DNA of 64,000 bases from positions 224,001 to 288,000 of the forward strand of contig JBBRSB010000002.1 of assembly GCA_038245785.1 (NCBI GenBank), in the 5' to 3' direction. Position numbers and translations under genes: made by a program. The stretch's first letter is position 1. Each line of letters opens with the position of its first letter. Positions 48,834-58,687 of this stretch are shown piece after piece. The notes below the pieces were generated by a model, which made no database searches, was not told where the DNA came from, and saw only the letters and a program-made list of their open reading frames with translations. Origin of the DNA: Gloeobacterales cyanobacterium. Lineage in GTDB: Bacteria; Cyanobacteriota; Cyanobacteriia; Gloeobacterales; PMM-0068.

Positions 48834-50930
48834 TCAAGTTCCCGGCACAACCTTCACAGGCGCAGGCGACGGCGGGGGAGAAACATTAAAAGTCGGAGAA
48901 TTTTGAGGACTGGTGGCGGGTTGTTGTGATGTAGGGCTATTGGGAGCTGCAGGTTGTTGCGGAGTAGATGCAGGTTGCTGCAGCGCCGGAGAATTCGATT
49001 TATCGACTGGATCTAGGGTCGGCACAGAAGCTTGAGGAGCCCGGCTTAGATAGGGTGTGATATATACCAGCAGTTGATTATGGGTCTTTTCCTCTCTAGT
49101 ATCGCTGAAGAATTCTCCAACTAGCGGTAAATACCCCAACAGAGGCAAGCGCGTTTTTACTTCGTTAACATTCTCTTGGATTAATCCACCAATTTCTAAG
49201 GTTTGACCATCTTCTAGAATCAATTTATTAGTGACTTTTCTCCGGTTTACATCAGGAGCTACATCTACACTGTCTCTTCTTCCAGGGACGGAGGATTCAA
49301 TGCTGAGGGAAGCAAATACTTTGCCATCCCCACGAATAACAGGCTCAATCTCAATAACATTTCCAGCTCGAATGGTCTGGAATTGACTGCTGACAGATGA
49401 AGTGCCTCCTGTACTGATAGGCGTTGTGATACGCACATTGATATCTTGGCTAACATCGATCGAGGCTTTTTGACCACTCATGGTAGTCAGCTTCGTATCC
49501 GTTAGAACTCTCCCTTTATTCTCTGTAACCAAGCCTTGGACAATGCTCAATGCACGAGCTATGTTGTTCAAGGAAGAAAAGCCATTGGCCCCTGCCCCCG
49601 CGAGCGAGCTAGCTAGACTGATAGGATTTGCATCACCACCTTGAACTCCTGTTGCATTCGAGGCAGCAGCTTTTAGAATATTGAAGTCTCTATTACCATC
49701 ATCGTTTAACTGATAAGCCTTGACCGAAAAACTAACTTGCTGGATTGGAGTATCTACAGAACGCACAAAACTTTTTATACTCGTCTGGAAGTTTGAGGGA
49801 CCTGAGACGATCAGGGCATTACGGGCAGCATCCACCTTAATCCCTTGAGAACGGGTATCCGGAGGAAGAGAAGCCAATACATCTTTAGCATCACTATGGA
49901 CTAGCTTAAGCACTTGCACATCATCAAAATTGCGAGCGGTGGGAGAACCAGGAGTAGCATCTCCTACTCGATAGGTATCGCCATCCCGAATAAATCCAAA
50001 GTTAGTCCCGAGCAGTAATTGCTTGAGCGCATCCTCGAACGGTCTTGAAACCAAACGGGCCGTTACAGGTTCGGACAACTCACCGTTGATTACAATATCA
50101 ACCCCCACTTGATTCGCCATTTCCTGCAGCGTTACATTGAGCGGGGTGGAATTGGCAACAACAGAAACCAATCTGCGGGCGGGATCTCCTTGAAATTCTT
50201 TGGGGTTCAAAGACCGCAAGGGATTAGGGTTACTCCCGCCACCACCAGAAGCGTTAGGCTGCGGCGCCCCAGGCTGGCTAACTACAAAAATATCTCCTAC
50301 TTTTTCACTGCGGAGACCGGCGGCACTGGTCAAAGACTTTAGCGCTTCATCAAAAGTGGTGTTTTCTAGATTCAGCGTCACTTTCCCCTTTACTTCTTGA
50401 TTAGTGACAATACTGGTTTTAGAGACTCGACTCAGAAGCGTCAAAGCATCCCGCACATCCCCATCCCGCACCTTAAGGTTGACCCGAGGACCTGTTTTCG
50501 AGGGCTGGGAAGCAGGCTGTACGAATAAAGATGGGTTATCCAAAGACTTCGCAATCGGTTCTGCTGGCTTAATAGACTCCAGCACTAGCCCAGAATTCTG
50601 CTTATTTTGCTTAAAGATATAAGCCAAGCCATTGCCCGAAAAGTCCACGGTCATCTGTACCCCCTGAGCATTCTCAGCTAGGTTCACGCGGCCTACATTG
50701 GCCGTGTATTGGGGACTGAGAGAACCTATCTTGGCTCCAGGTAGGAGCACGACTACTTGTTTGGCATCTTGCTTCAGCACGCGATAGCCAAATGTTTCAT
50801 TGGCCGATAGTTCCAAGCCATTGTTGGTTGGATTCAATTGCGTCAGGGTGGGGGTCGCCAGGAGAGGAAGCTGAGTGGAAAGAAGTACTCCTAATACCGT
50901 CAGTGCAGAACTGAGCATTGTCTTGTTCAT
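48834..50930 (-). CDS. Secretin (GspD/PilQ family)
   Basis: Signal peptide, two STN/N0-like domains, N3 (D...NALIV.G) and secretin C-terminus (DGQTL.IGGLI, LPLLG.LP.VG.FF). Confidence 0.9.
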   Translation of the reverse strand: MNKTMLSSALTVLGVLLSTQLPLLATPTLTQLNPTNNGLELSANETFGYRVLKQDAKQVVVLLPGAKIGSLSPQYTANVGRVNLAENAQGVQMTVDFSGNGLAYIFKQNKQNSGLVLESIKPAEPIAKSLDNPSLFVQPASQPSKTGPRVNLKVRDGDVRDALTLLSRVSKTSIVTNQEVKGKVTLNLENTTFDEALKSLTSAAGLRSEKVGDIFVVSQPGAPQPNASGGGGSNPNPLRSLNPKEFQGDPARRLVSVVANSTPLNVTLQEMANQVGVDIVINGELSEPVTARLVSRPFEDALKQLLLGTNFGFIRDGDTYRVGDATPGSPTARNFDDVQVLKLVHSDAKDVLASLPPDTRSQGIKVDAARNALIVSGPSNFQTSIKSFVRSVDTPIQQVSFSVKAYQLNDDGNRDFNILKAAASNATGVQGGDANPISLASSLAGAGANGFSSLNNIARALSIVQGLVTENKGRVLTDTKLTTMSGQKASIDVSQDINVRITTPISTGGTSSVSSQFQTIRAGNVIEIEPVIRGDGKVFASLSIESSVPGRRDSVDVAPDVNRRKVTNKLILEDGQTLEIGGLIQENVNEVKTRLPLLGYLPLVGEFFSDTREEKTHNQLLVYITPYLSRAPQASVPTLDPVDKSNSPALQQPASTPQQPAAPNSPTSQQPATSPQNSPTFNVSPPPSPAPVKVVPGT

Positions 50931-52045
50931 GGGAGCTTGAGCACCTGTCGTTGTTTACCTTTGGTGAGGGTGACCGTTTCATCCGTGATGATAGCGACCG
51001 TCCATCCCTCTATGGCCGCGCCTACTTGCACTTCTGCCGTAAGGGGCTGATCTCCAACCCGCACAATGGCAAACTTTGTTTTTCCGTCTGTGGCCACTCC
51101 CTCTAAAGAAAGTACTGCTGGCAGCACTTTGGGCGGCGGCGGCAAAGGTTGAGGCTTTGGCGCTGCTACTGGTTTTGGCGCGACCACTGGCTTGGGTTTT
51201 GGCGCTTTAGGATAAGCGGGCGAAAAGGGATTTTGGGGACCACCCGCTGCAGTTCCGGTTTCGGAGCTAGAAGCAAGAGGAGACATATAGGATTCGCTGG
51301 GAGATTGAGGAGAGGTTGTCTCTGGCGCAGTTGTTCCCTTTTGATTGTTAGGACTCGCTGTACTTGGACTATCCGCAGGAGCAGCCTCTGGCACATACCC
51401 TGGCCCAGGCTTAGAGGAATCGCCTGAGGGTGCCCCAGGTGATACTCGAGACCGCATGGGCCGTACCGGGATAGGGGAGTTTGAGGTCGCAGGAGGGGTG
51501 GATGTTGCCGTAGTATTATTCTTCCCTGCTAGGGCACTCGGTTGCGCATCTAAATTTTTAGGAATGCTATTGGCTGTCCAGAGCACCCCTACACCCAGAA
51601 CAACGACCGCTGCCGCCGTAACATAGCCCCACGATGGGACATTTTGCCAAATATCAGAGGTAAGTTTTTTGGGCTGCAGTAAATTTTTCGAGGGACCCGG
51701 TGGGGAGGGCGTCTGGGGAACTGTTGGGGACCGATAAGCAGATTGATCGGCTATGTCCCGATACGTAGATGGGGCGGGTGTATCTCTGTCTTCCCAGGGC
51801 AAAGGCGCAGAGGAAGTGGTTCTCGAATTGGCTGCTCCTGCTCCCGCTTGCCACGGGAAAGCATCATCGGCACTAGGTAGCTGAGGACTGGAAGAGGGTT
51901 GTTCTGTCTCGCCTTCGGCTATCTCACCGCTCATGAAAACGTCTTCTCCATAAGAGATCGACGCATCAGCATCATCGCCTATAAAAGGCTCTTCCCACGG
52001 AGCGCGGGGGCGTTTTGGATCTTCTGTGGGAAACGGCTGGCTCAT
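50927..52045 (-). CDS. Bitopic Pro/Ser-rich protein with a C-terminal GspC/PilP-like beta domain
   Basis: Single TM, NPF.P, and C-terminal L.GV....FAIV...V.VG..I.GW.V..I....VTL. Confidence 0.65.
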   Translation of the reverse strand: MSQPFPTEDPKRPRAPWEEPFIGDDADASISYGEDVFMSGEIAEGETEQPSSSPQLPSADDAFPWQAGAGAANSRTTSSAPLPWEDRDTPAPSTYRDIADQSAYRSPTVPQTPSPPGPSKNLLQPKKLTSDIWQNVPSWGYVTAAAVVVLGVGVLWTANSIPKNLDAQPSALAGKNNTTATSTPPATSNSPIPVRPMRSRVSPGAPSGDSSKPGPGYVPEAAPADSPSTASPNNQKGTTAPETTSPQSPSESYMSPLASSSETGTAAGGPQNPFSPAYPKAPKPKPVVAPKPVAAPKPQPLPPPPKVLPAVLSLEGVATDGKTKFAIVRVGDQPLTAEVQVGAAIEGWTVAIITDETVTLTKGKQRQVLKLP

Positions 52046-52047
52046 AG

Positions 52048-53604
52048 TCAGATAGTCACTACCCTGAGAACTTCTTCAATAGAGGTTTTTCCTTCCATTA
52101 CTTTTTGTACTGCTGATTGGTTAAGAGAACGCTCACCCAAGTTTTGTTCCAGATGGTCCCGCATCTGTTGCTCACTCGCACGGTCACGAATCATCTGTCT
52201 CAGCGGTCCATCTACAGGCATCATTTCAAATATTCCTTCTCGACCGAGATAGCCCATATGATTGCACAGATCGCAACCCACAGGCTTTTGCCAACGGGTA
52301 GCAGAAGGGACCTTTTCTATGCCTAAACGGCGAATATCCAAGGGGTTAGGCTCATATTCCTGACAACAATGAGGACAGATCTTACGAACCAGACGCTGGG
52401 CCACAACCCCTAGCAAAGAGGCCGCCAGCAAATAGGGCTCAATTCCCATATCTAAGAGACGATTAACCGTACTGGGTGCATCGTTGGTATGTAGAGTACT
52501 CAAAACCAAGTGACCCGTGACCGCAGCTTGAAAGACCGTCTGGGCCGTCTCTAAGTCACGAATTTCTCCCACCATAATCACGTCTGGATCTTGACGCAGG
52601 ATGGACCGCAATCCAGAGGCAAACGTCAAACCAGCTTTTGGATTCACCTGGACTTGATTGACCGAAGAAAGTTGATACTCTATCGGGTCTTCAATAGTAA
52701 CGATGTTCTTAGTGGGCGTCAGGACATTCATCAATCCGGCATAGAGCGTACTGGTTTTTCCTGAACCTGTAGGCCCTGTGATCAATACCAAGCCCTGGCT
52801 ATAGCCCAACCATGAGCGAAACCGTTTGAGTTGCTCAAAGGAAAAACCGACTTCTTCAATCTGAAAGGATTGAGTTTTGGGCAAAAGACGGATAACTGCT
52901 TTTTCCCCATGGAGACAAGGCAAGGTACTCACCCGCAGGTCTACTTCCACCTGTCCAAAACGCTCTGTAGAGCGGCCATCCTGAGGTGTCCGCTGATTCG
53001 CAATATCGAGTTCTGCCAAAACTTTTACGCGCGCCAGGACCACTTTGCTTAAATTGGGCGACATCAAAGCTACTTCTTTGAGCAAGCCATCTATACGAAA
53101 ACGCACCAGCAATCCCTGGGGCATCGGTTCAAAGTGAATATCAGAAGCTCGACACTCGAGAGCATCCAGAATAAGTTGGCGGACCTGTTCAGAGATCTGA
53201 CGTTCATCCAACTCTGCACCAACGGTAGTCATCACTTTGGATGGCTTGTTCGATGGCTCAGGGGAGCGCATAGAAGAAAATGGAGGAGCAGAGAGAGAGG
53301 CAGCAGAATCTGCTACTCCTTTCAGATGCTCATAGCAACATTCCTGCCAGAGTGCGTAGTCCTCCATATCCAGGAGGGTCCACTCTATCGGAGGATTCTT
53401 TAGTTTTTGGCTCAAGTTCGCCTGTACAAAAGCGTCTACTGGTTCAAAGTGCCCCAAATATAAGGTCGGAGCAACATAACTCAGCGGAACAATGTCCCTC
53501 AAAGCCTCCCCAAGAATATTGCGCAGAGAGAGGATTAGTCGGTCATCTAGTGCATAGTCACGAAGAAATGCACGCGTAGATTGTAGGGGAGAGGGAGGAG
53601 TCAT
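52048..53604 (-). CDS. GspE/PilB-family assembly ATPase
   Basis: ASDIHFEP, PQDGR, GPTGSGKT, TIEDPIEY, LRQDPD..MVGEIRD and two CxxC pairs. Confidence 0.95.
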   Translation of the reverse strand: MTPPSPLQSTRAFLRDYALDDRLILSLRNILGEALRDIVPLSYVAPTLYLGHFEPVDAFVQANLSQKLKNPPIEWTLLDMEDYALWQECCYEHLKGVADSAASLSAPPFSSMRSPEPSNKPSKVMTTVGAELDERQISEQVRQLILDALECRASDIHFEPMPQGLLVRFRIDGLLKEVALMSPNLSKVVLARVKVLAELDIANQRTPQDGRSTERFGQVEVDLRVSTLPCLHGEKAVIRLLPKTQSFQIEEVGFSFEQLKRFRSWLGYSQGLVLITGPTGSGKTSTLYAGLMNVLTPTKNIVTIEDPIEYQLSSVNQVQVNPKAGLTFASGLRSILRQDPDVIMVGEIRDLETAQTVFQAAVTGHLVLSTLHTNDAPSTVNRLLDMGIEPYLLAASLLGVVAQRLVRKICPHCCQEYEPNPLDIRRLGIEKVPSATRWQKPVGCDLCNHMGYLGREGIFEMMPVDGPLRQMIRDRASEQQMRDHLEQNLGERSLNQSAVQKVMEGKTSIEEVLRVVTI

Positions 53605-53857
53605 AGATCAAAAACTTTATTGTTTACTTTGTATAGTTCCTTGACATCTGTCTAGGTTAACAGGCCTTTTTCAAGGGTCCAGGTAATTTGCGTCACTTGT
53701 GACGGACAAATATAACGCATTTAGCCCCTGATCGTCGTCGGTAATGATGCCCTATGGTTAGGTAGAAATTAAGTGGAAATATAGATCGGGTAGGGTCAGA
53801 GCTTTCGTCTTAAACTTACAACAGGTGCAGCAGGTCTTCAATTAATTAATCTGAATT

Positions 53858-54385
53858 ATGAACACTCCCAAGCGCCCCGCTCAAGGGTTTGCCCTCTTAG
53901 AAGTCATTGTTTCAGTGGTGGTGGGAACGCTTGTTTTAGCTTTCCTGGTACGCCCTTTGAGTGCTGCCTTGATCAACCGTCTGCAGAGTGACCAGATCGC
54001 ACAAGCAACTGAATTGGCCCAAGAGCAGGTGGAACTGGTACAGCACACTTGGCGAGACAATCCCAGCCTTTTGCCATCCTATGGAAGCGATGAGACAACC
54101 CCTTTCAGGGCCATTGCTACAGACGCCCGCCTCGGAATCTTGAGTGATCCAAACTTAGTGCCTATGGACCATCCTGATATTCAGAGCGTTGGTATTGACC
54201 AAAATCAAGATGGGAAAGCTGATTTTATCCTGCAATGCTTCGCGGGCAAGTCGCCCAATCTCACGGAAGTAGGTTCTCAAACCCAACGTTCGGTAGTTCG
54301 TATCTACAAAGCACCCCTCAAACCAGAAGATTCACCTAAACCTCTGGCCCTAATCGTGAATGATATTTACGTGGGTAAGTCATGA
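53858..54385 (+). CDS. Type IV prepilin-like protein
   Basis: Class III signal QG|FALLE. Confidence 0.85.
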   Translation: MNTPKRPAQGFALLEVIVSVVVGTLVLAFLVRPLSAALINRLQSDQIAQATELAQEQVELVQHTWRDNPSLLPSYGSDETTPFRAIATDARLGILSDPNLVPMDHPDIQSVGIDQNQDGKADFILQCFAGKSPNLTEVGSQTQRSVVRIYKAPLKPEDSPKPLALIVNDIYVGKS

Positions 54386-54939
54386 AGCTTTGGGACTATG
54401 GCTATAAAAAGCGTCTCAACGCAGGATTCACGCTGGTTGAAGTCCTGATTACTATTAGTGTGATGGGTATTCTTGCCAGTGTCGCCATTCCCAATATCGT
54501 AGGCTTACTGGAGCGCCAGCAGCTACAGCAAGGCATTGGGCAAGTAGAATCGCTACTTCATCAGGCTCGTCAGTATGCACTCAGTCAAGGAGTGACTACT
54601 TCCGTTCAGTTTGATGAACAGAACAACACGATCACGGCTTGTGAAAGCACGCTTGAATCTCAGTGCAATGGGCGAACTATCCAGACGCTACAGCTAGGTT
54701 CAATAGAACTCATCAAGAGTGCTTTGCAAGGCCCAAAGGGTGAACCTGACCGCAGTCTAGCCTTTGACTTTAGAGGATATCTGCTTACCCCCGAAGATGT
54801 CCTACAGCCGATTACGCTCAGACATTCCCGAAATCTGAATCTCACTCGTAGCATTTACCTCGTTTCGATTTTAGGAACAACCTGGGATGCTCCAGCCGCC
54901 GCCATTCCTGAGAATGAGAGCGTGCCCAATGCCTCATAG
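54382..54939 (+). CDS. GspH/FimT-like pseudopilin
   Basis: AG|FTLVE, L..AR..A and FD.RG. Confidence 0.88.
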   Translation: MKLWDYGYKKRLNAGFTLVEVLITISVMGILASVAIPNIVGLLERQQLQQGIGQVESLLHQARQYALSQGVTTSVQFDEQNNTITACESTLESQCNGRTIQTLQLGSIELIKSALQGPKGEPDRSLAFDFRGYLLTPEDVLQPITLRHSRNLNLTRSIYLVSILGTTWDAPAAAIPENESVPNAS

Positions 54940-55636
54940 AATATTCAAGCTCAGAAAAAATCGTGGGGTAACAGGAGTAAGCCTTGTAGAACTTTTGGTG
55001 GCGGTGGTTATCTCTGGCATTATTATCTCCGCCATGATTGGAGCCTTTGTCACCACAGCAGGTAAGAGTGTCAAAGAAAGACGCCTAGCTGAAATTCAAG
55101 AAGAAAATCATCTAGCCTTAGATTTGATGAGCACTGAAATCCAAGAGGCTGCTTGGATTTCCAAAGACAGTGGGAAACTCTTAGAACTACCCAATGGCAA
55201 AGTAGTCTTTAGCCTATTACTACCTTCTGCCCAAGGTTATTCGTTAGTCGTGTATGCCCTATCGGCACCGACCGAAGAATTGTCCCCCGTACTCCAATCT
55301 TATCTTGCCAAATTGCAGTCACCGATAGCCCTTTATCGTTGGCAGTCAGTGCCTTTAGATCTTGATCCGAAAGACCCTATCTTTCCCCAAAAAGTTGCTC
55401 CTGACCTCAAACAACCCCAACTCGTAACAGCCTTTTTGCGCTCATCACCAGCGTTAGGAGGTGAACCAGCGCTCCGCTTTCTAGAAGAGCAAAAAGATGG
55501 AACTATTGCCGGAGGAGAACTCATCCTTAGAGGAGATAATCCAAGCCAACCCTGTGCAGACATAGGCGCAGATATAAACTGTGCCAATTTAGAAATAGCG
55601 ACCAGAGCATACAGTAGAAATATTCAGCCACCATAA
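54929..55636 (+). CDS. PilW/GspJ-like prepilin
   Basis: TG|VSLVELLV and AL..M..EI.EA. Confidence 0.82.
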   Translation: MPHRIFKLRKNRGVTGVSLVELLVAVVISGIIISAMIGAFVTTAGKSVKERRLAEIQEENHLALDLMSTEIQEAAWISKDSGKLLELPNGKVVFSLLLPSAQGYSLVVYALSAPTEELSPVLQSYLAKLQSPIALYRWQSVPLDLDPKDPIFPQKVAPDLKQPQLVTAFLRSSPALGGEPALRFLEEQKDGTIAGGELILRGDNPSQPCADIGADINCANLEIATRAYSRNIQPP

Positions 55637-56246
55637 GCAAAACGACGAACAAGTATTTTCCAAGCTAACGTATTTATTGCAACACTTTACAAATCATTAA
55701 ATAAATACAGGATTGCAAGGCATTCCCTTACTCAAAGAATGCCCCAAACAAGCATCTAGTCTTAGTTTAGACAACTGGTTAGATGCTTAAAAGGCTTGGC
55801 TTCACAGATTTTTTGCAACAAAGCAATTCATTTCCGTACCTTGTCCGTATGATTTAGTAAAGCGTTTTGCCTGTAACCATATCTTGAGAAGAGTTTGATG
55901 AAAGCGCAAGTAAATCCTATTAATCGAGTCAATGCTCGAAGAGGTTTGCGTATCTCTTCGAGGAGTTAGAGTATTAATATACTTAATTTTCCAGGCTAAG
56001 CACTTAAGGGTATTTGCGATTACTTATTGCTTTAAAGTAAAGCTCCATACAAAAGGCATGAAAGGGCTTATTTGCGTGTATTTAAAGATACAAGCAAATG
56101 TTGATTTTGAATGATAGCCTTCTGTGCAACTCCACATAAGAAGACCTTCGAGAGAGATCAAGTTTTAATCTGTAGACGCAACTGCACGTTATCGAAACTT
56201 CTTGGTGGATAAATCAGCTAACTCCGACTAACAGGACTTTATTCAC

Positions 56247-57380
56247 ATGAATTTTCCACTTTTTATGAGGGGCTCTGTTGTAGCTGCGTTTCTCCTCGCA
56301 GCTACGCTGCCCGCTGCCCATGCGCAGCAGGCAGCCGTTGAGCCAGCGGCTGCCGAGGCTGCTGTTGACGAAGGGGCTCCTGACAATGGAGCAAACGCTG
56401 CCGTAACGCCCGGTGAACCAGTCCCATCTATTCCTAATAATGCCAAGTTTGACCCACGGGTTTTAGACAATCAGCTTATTGCGCCTACGGCACCGAATTG
56501 GAGTGTGCCTAGCCGCAATTTTGATCCGAGGCGCTTCATCTTGCCTCCTCCTCCTAAGAATCAGTCTGCACAAACCAAGCGTGAAATCCGCGAGCTGAAC
56601 GCTCTAGCCGCAACCCGTAATGACCCGAATGTGATTGCGAACATCAACCGCTGGAATGATGATCCACCTCCGCAGTACTTCAATTTGTATTTTGATTACC
56701 TAACTCAAACGACGGCCGGATTTACGCCTCCATTAGCAGCGCGCTGCTATGCCATGTTGAACCAGGGCCTTTATGAAGGGCTGATCGCTGCTTGGTATAA
56801 CAAATTCACCTACTTGCGTCCTCGCCCAGACCAAGTCACTAATTTTACCTTCACCCCGGACCCAGCCATGTTCACCAATGGGGCAGGGGGACGAACGGAT
56901 TCAACAGGTAAAGTCACTTCTCCTCCTCACCCTGCTTATCCCTCCGGCCATTCCACTTCTGCTGGCGTATTCATGGCCATCGGTCCATCATGCTTCACCA
57001 ATGAGCCCGTAGAAAATTTTGTGGCCCTTGGGCGGGAATCTTCTCTAAGTCGTCGACAAGGTGGGGTGCACTACTACTCTGACTCTGTCGCTGGAGAAGC
57101 TTTGGGTTATGCCGTAGGCAGTGCCCTTGTCAATGACTTTAGCCGAGATGGTTCTCCACGTGGCGGTGGGACAGCGCAAACGACCTACACCCGTATTGGT
57201 GGGGTGGCAGGTGGTGCTATTCAAGCTGCCCTTAACCCTCGTCCTACGGTCACTGTTACTACAGGACCTCAGCTAGGGGCTGACGGCAAGATCTTCCTTG
57301 CACCGATCAAGCCATTCCCAGCTCCACCTCCCGTCAAACTTCCTCCAGATCCGATCATTGTTATTCCTCGTGCACGATAA
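56247..57380 (+). CDS. Secreted vanadium haloperoxidase / PAP2 acid-phosphatase superfamily protein
   Basis: Signal peptide (AHA|Q), KFTYLRPRP, HPAYPSGHS and SRRQGGVHY..D. Confidence 0.87.
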   Translation: MNFPLFMRGSVVAAFLLAATLPAAHAQQAAVEPAAAEAAVDEGAPDNGANAAVTPGEPVPSIPNNAKFDPRVLDNQLIAPTAPNWSVPSRNFDPRRFILPPPPKNQSAQTKREIRELNALAATRNDPNVIANINRWNDDPPPQYFNLYFDYLTQTTAGFTPPLAARCYAMLNQGLYEGLIAAWYNKFTYLRPRPDQVTNFTFTPDPAMFTNGAGGRTDSTGKVTSPPHPAYPSGHSTSAGVFMAIGPSCFTNEPVENFVALGRESSLSRRQGGVHYYSDSVAGEALGYAVGSALVNDFSRDGSPRGGGTAQTTYTRIGGVAGGAIQAALNPRPTVTVTTGPQLGADGKIFLAPIKPFPAPPPVKLPPDPIIVIPRAR

Positions 57381-57399
57381 ATAGCTGGGTGAAATTAAG

Positions 57400-57474
57400 A
57401 AGACCCCCTATAGTCCCCCCTTGCCACTAGGCATAGCCTTCCCGGAGGGTGGGGGACGGCGATAGCCGGGGGTT
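57400..57474 (+). repeat. ~75-bp structured REP-like element, copy 2
   Basis: Differs from 41247-41320 by one extra C and one G>A change. Confidence 0.9.
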
Positions 57475-57500
57475 CCATGTCTGATCTATTAACAAAAGCG

Positions 57501-57542
57501 ATGGGCCGTGCTTCTCAACTTGGAAGCACAGCCCATTTTTTT
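57501..57542 (+). terminator. Intrinsic terminator
   Basis: ATGGGCCGTGCTTC...GAAGCACAGCCCAT followed by a T-run. Confidence 0.72.
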
Positions 57543-57565
57543 AAGAGTTGACCTAGAGATAACGT

Positions 57566-58429
57566 TTAGGAAATTTTCAGAAGACTCTGCTGGTGCCTCC
57601 ATACCTGTGGTGTAAAGCCATAGATCCGATGAAATTGCCGAATGAAATGCCCCGTATCGAGATATCCCACCGCCTCAGCAATTCGACGAATAGATTGGTT
57701 GGTGCTTAGCAGCAAGAACTGTGCTTCAGTCAGTCGATATTCAATAATCCAGTTCAGGATAGTTTTTCCTGTCTCTCGTCGTACTAAGTCCGTTAGATAC
57801 GCAGGAGAGCGCCCCACGGCTTTGGCTACATCGCAGAGGCTAATCTGACGAGCATAGTTGAATTTGATGTAATGAAACACTCTTTGGAGCAAAGGCAGGG
57901 GTAAAGAGGGTGCCTTTTTTAACTGAGGAGCAATTAATCGAGTAGTATCAATCAAGAGTAGCAACAGCAGGGCGTGGATAGCTTCTCCAAAGCCTAAAAA
58001 CTGCCCATGAAATTCATCATATAGATGTTGAATATTGGCGAGTAATTGTGGATATTGTTCTTGAGCAATATGGAAATGTCTAGTATTTGGCTCTGTGGGC
58101 TGTAAAAATTCCCACAGCATTTCTTCTACAGGCGTGGACAAACTATCTAGATTCTTTACCTTAAAATTGATAGTCCAGCTCTTTGTATTGACTAAGCCAC
58201 TCGAATCATGAATCTCCCCAGGTGCCATGATAAAGAGATCGCCAGGCATTGCTTGAACTCTCTTCCCACCTAGGTATTGCCATCCTTCTCCTTCCTCGAT
58301 GAAGCGCAGTTCATAGTAGGGATGGATATGCGCCTGTACAGGCTGTTCCCCAGAAGAAAGCACTTGAATTGGCAGGAAGACGGGAGACCGCACATCAGCT
58401 ACAGACTGGGACACTAACATATCAGGCAT
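57566..58429 (-). CDS. AraC-family transcriptional regulator (cupin + HTH)
   Basis: HIHPYYE, PGEIH, SPAYL..L.RRETG and IAEAVGY.D..HF.RQF. Confidence 0.93.
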   Translation of the reverse strand: MPDMLVSQSVADVRSPVFLPIQVLSSGEQPVQAHIHPYYELRFIEEGEGWQYLGGKRVQAMPGDLFIMAPGEIHDSSGLVNTKSWTINFKVKNLDSLSTPVEEMLWEFLQPTEPNTRHFHIAQEQYPQLLANIQHLYDEFHGQFLGFGEAIHALLLLLLIDTTRLIAPQLKKAPSLPLPLLQRVFHYIKFNYARQISLCDVAKAVGRSPAYLTDLVRRETGKTILNWIIEYRLTEAQFLLLSTNQSIRRIAEAVGYLDTGHFIRQFHRIYGFTPQVWRHQQSLLKIS

Positions 58430-58687
58430 CTCCTAAAGGAATGGTTTGCAGAAAAACTACATAGGACTTAAGAAAGTCCCCGAATTCTCTGTAGGCACTT
58501 ATGTTTTAAATCATCAACCAAGCAAAGTCAGGGTGGAAAAGTTATAAGAAGGTTATTGAAGGTAAGGTCCTGCTAACTTTCTCTGCATTCGTATTTCTCT
58601 GGCATGCCGCTACTTTCCCCGGAAGAAGTTTTGGCGTGGGGGATGGGGATACCTCTACGATGGATAGCGTAACGTTATAGACCGATC

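Noticed and set aside
55637..56246. Long intergenic region as a possible ncRNA or riboswitch, including the 60-aa ORF at 55932
   Set aside because: Only a modest hairpin (AGCATCTA/TAGATGCT) and short CCGTA repeats are visible. I recognised no RNA family; an Rfam/Infernal search would be needed.
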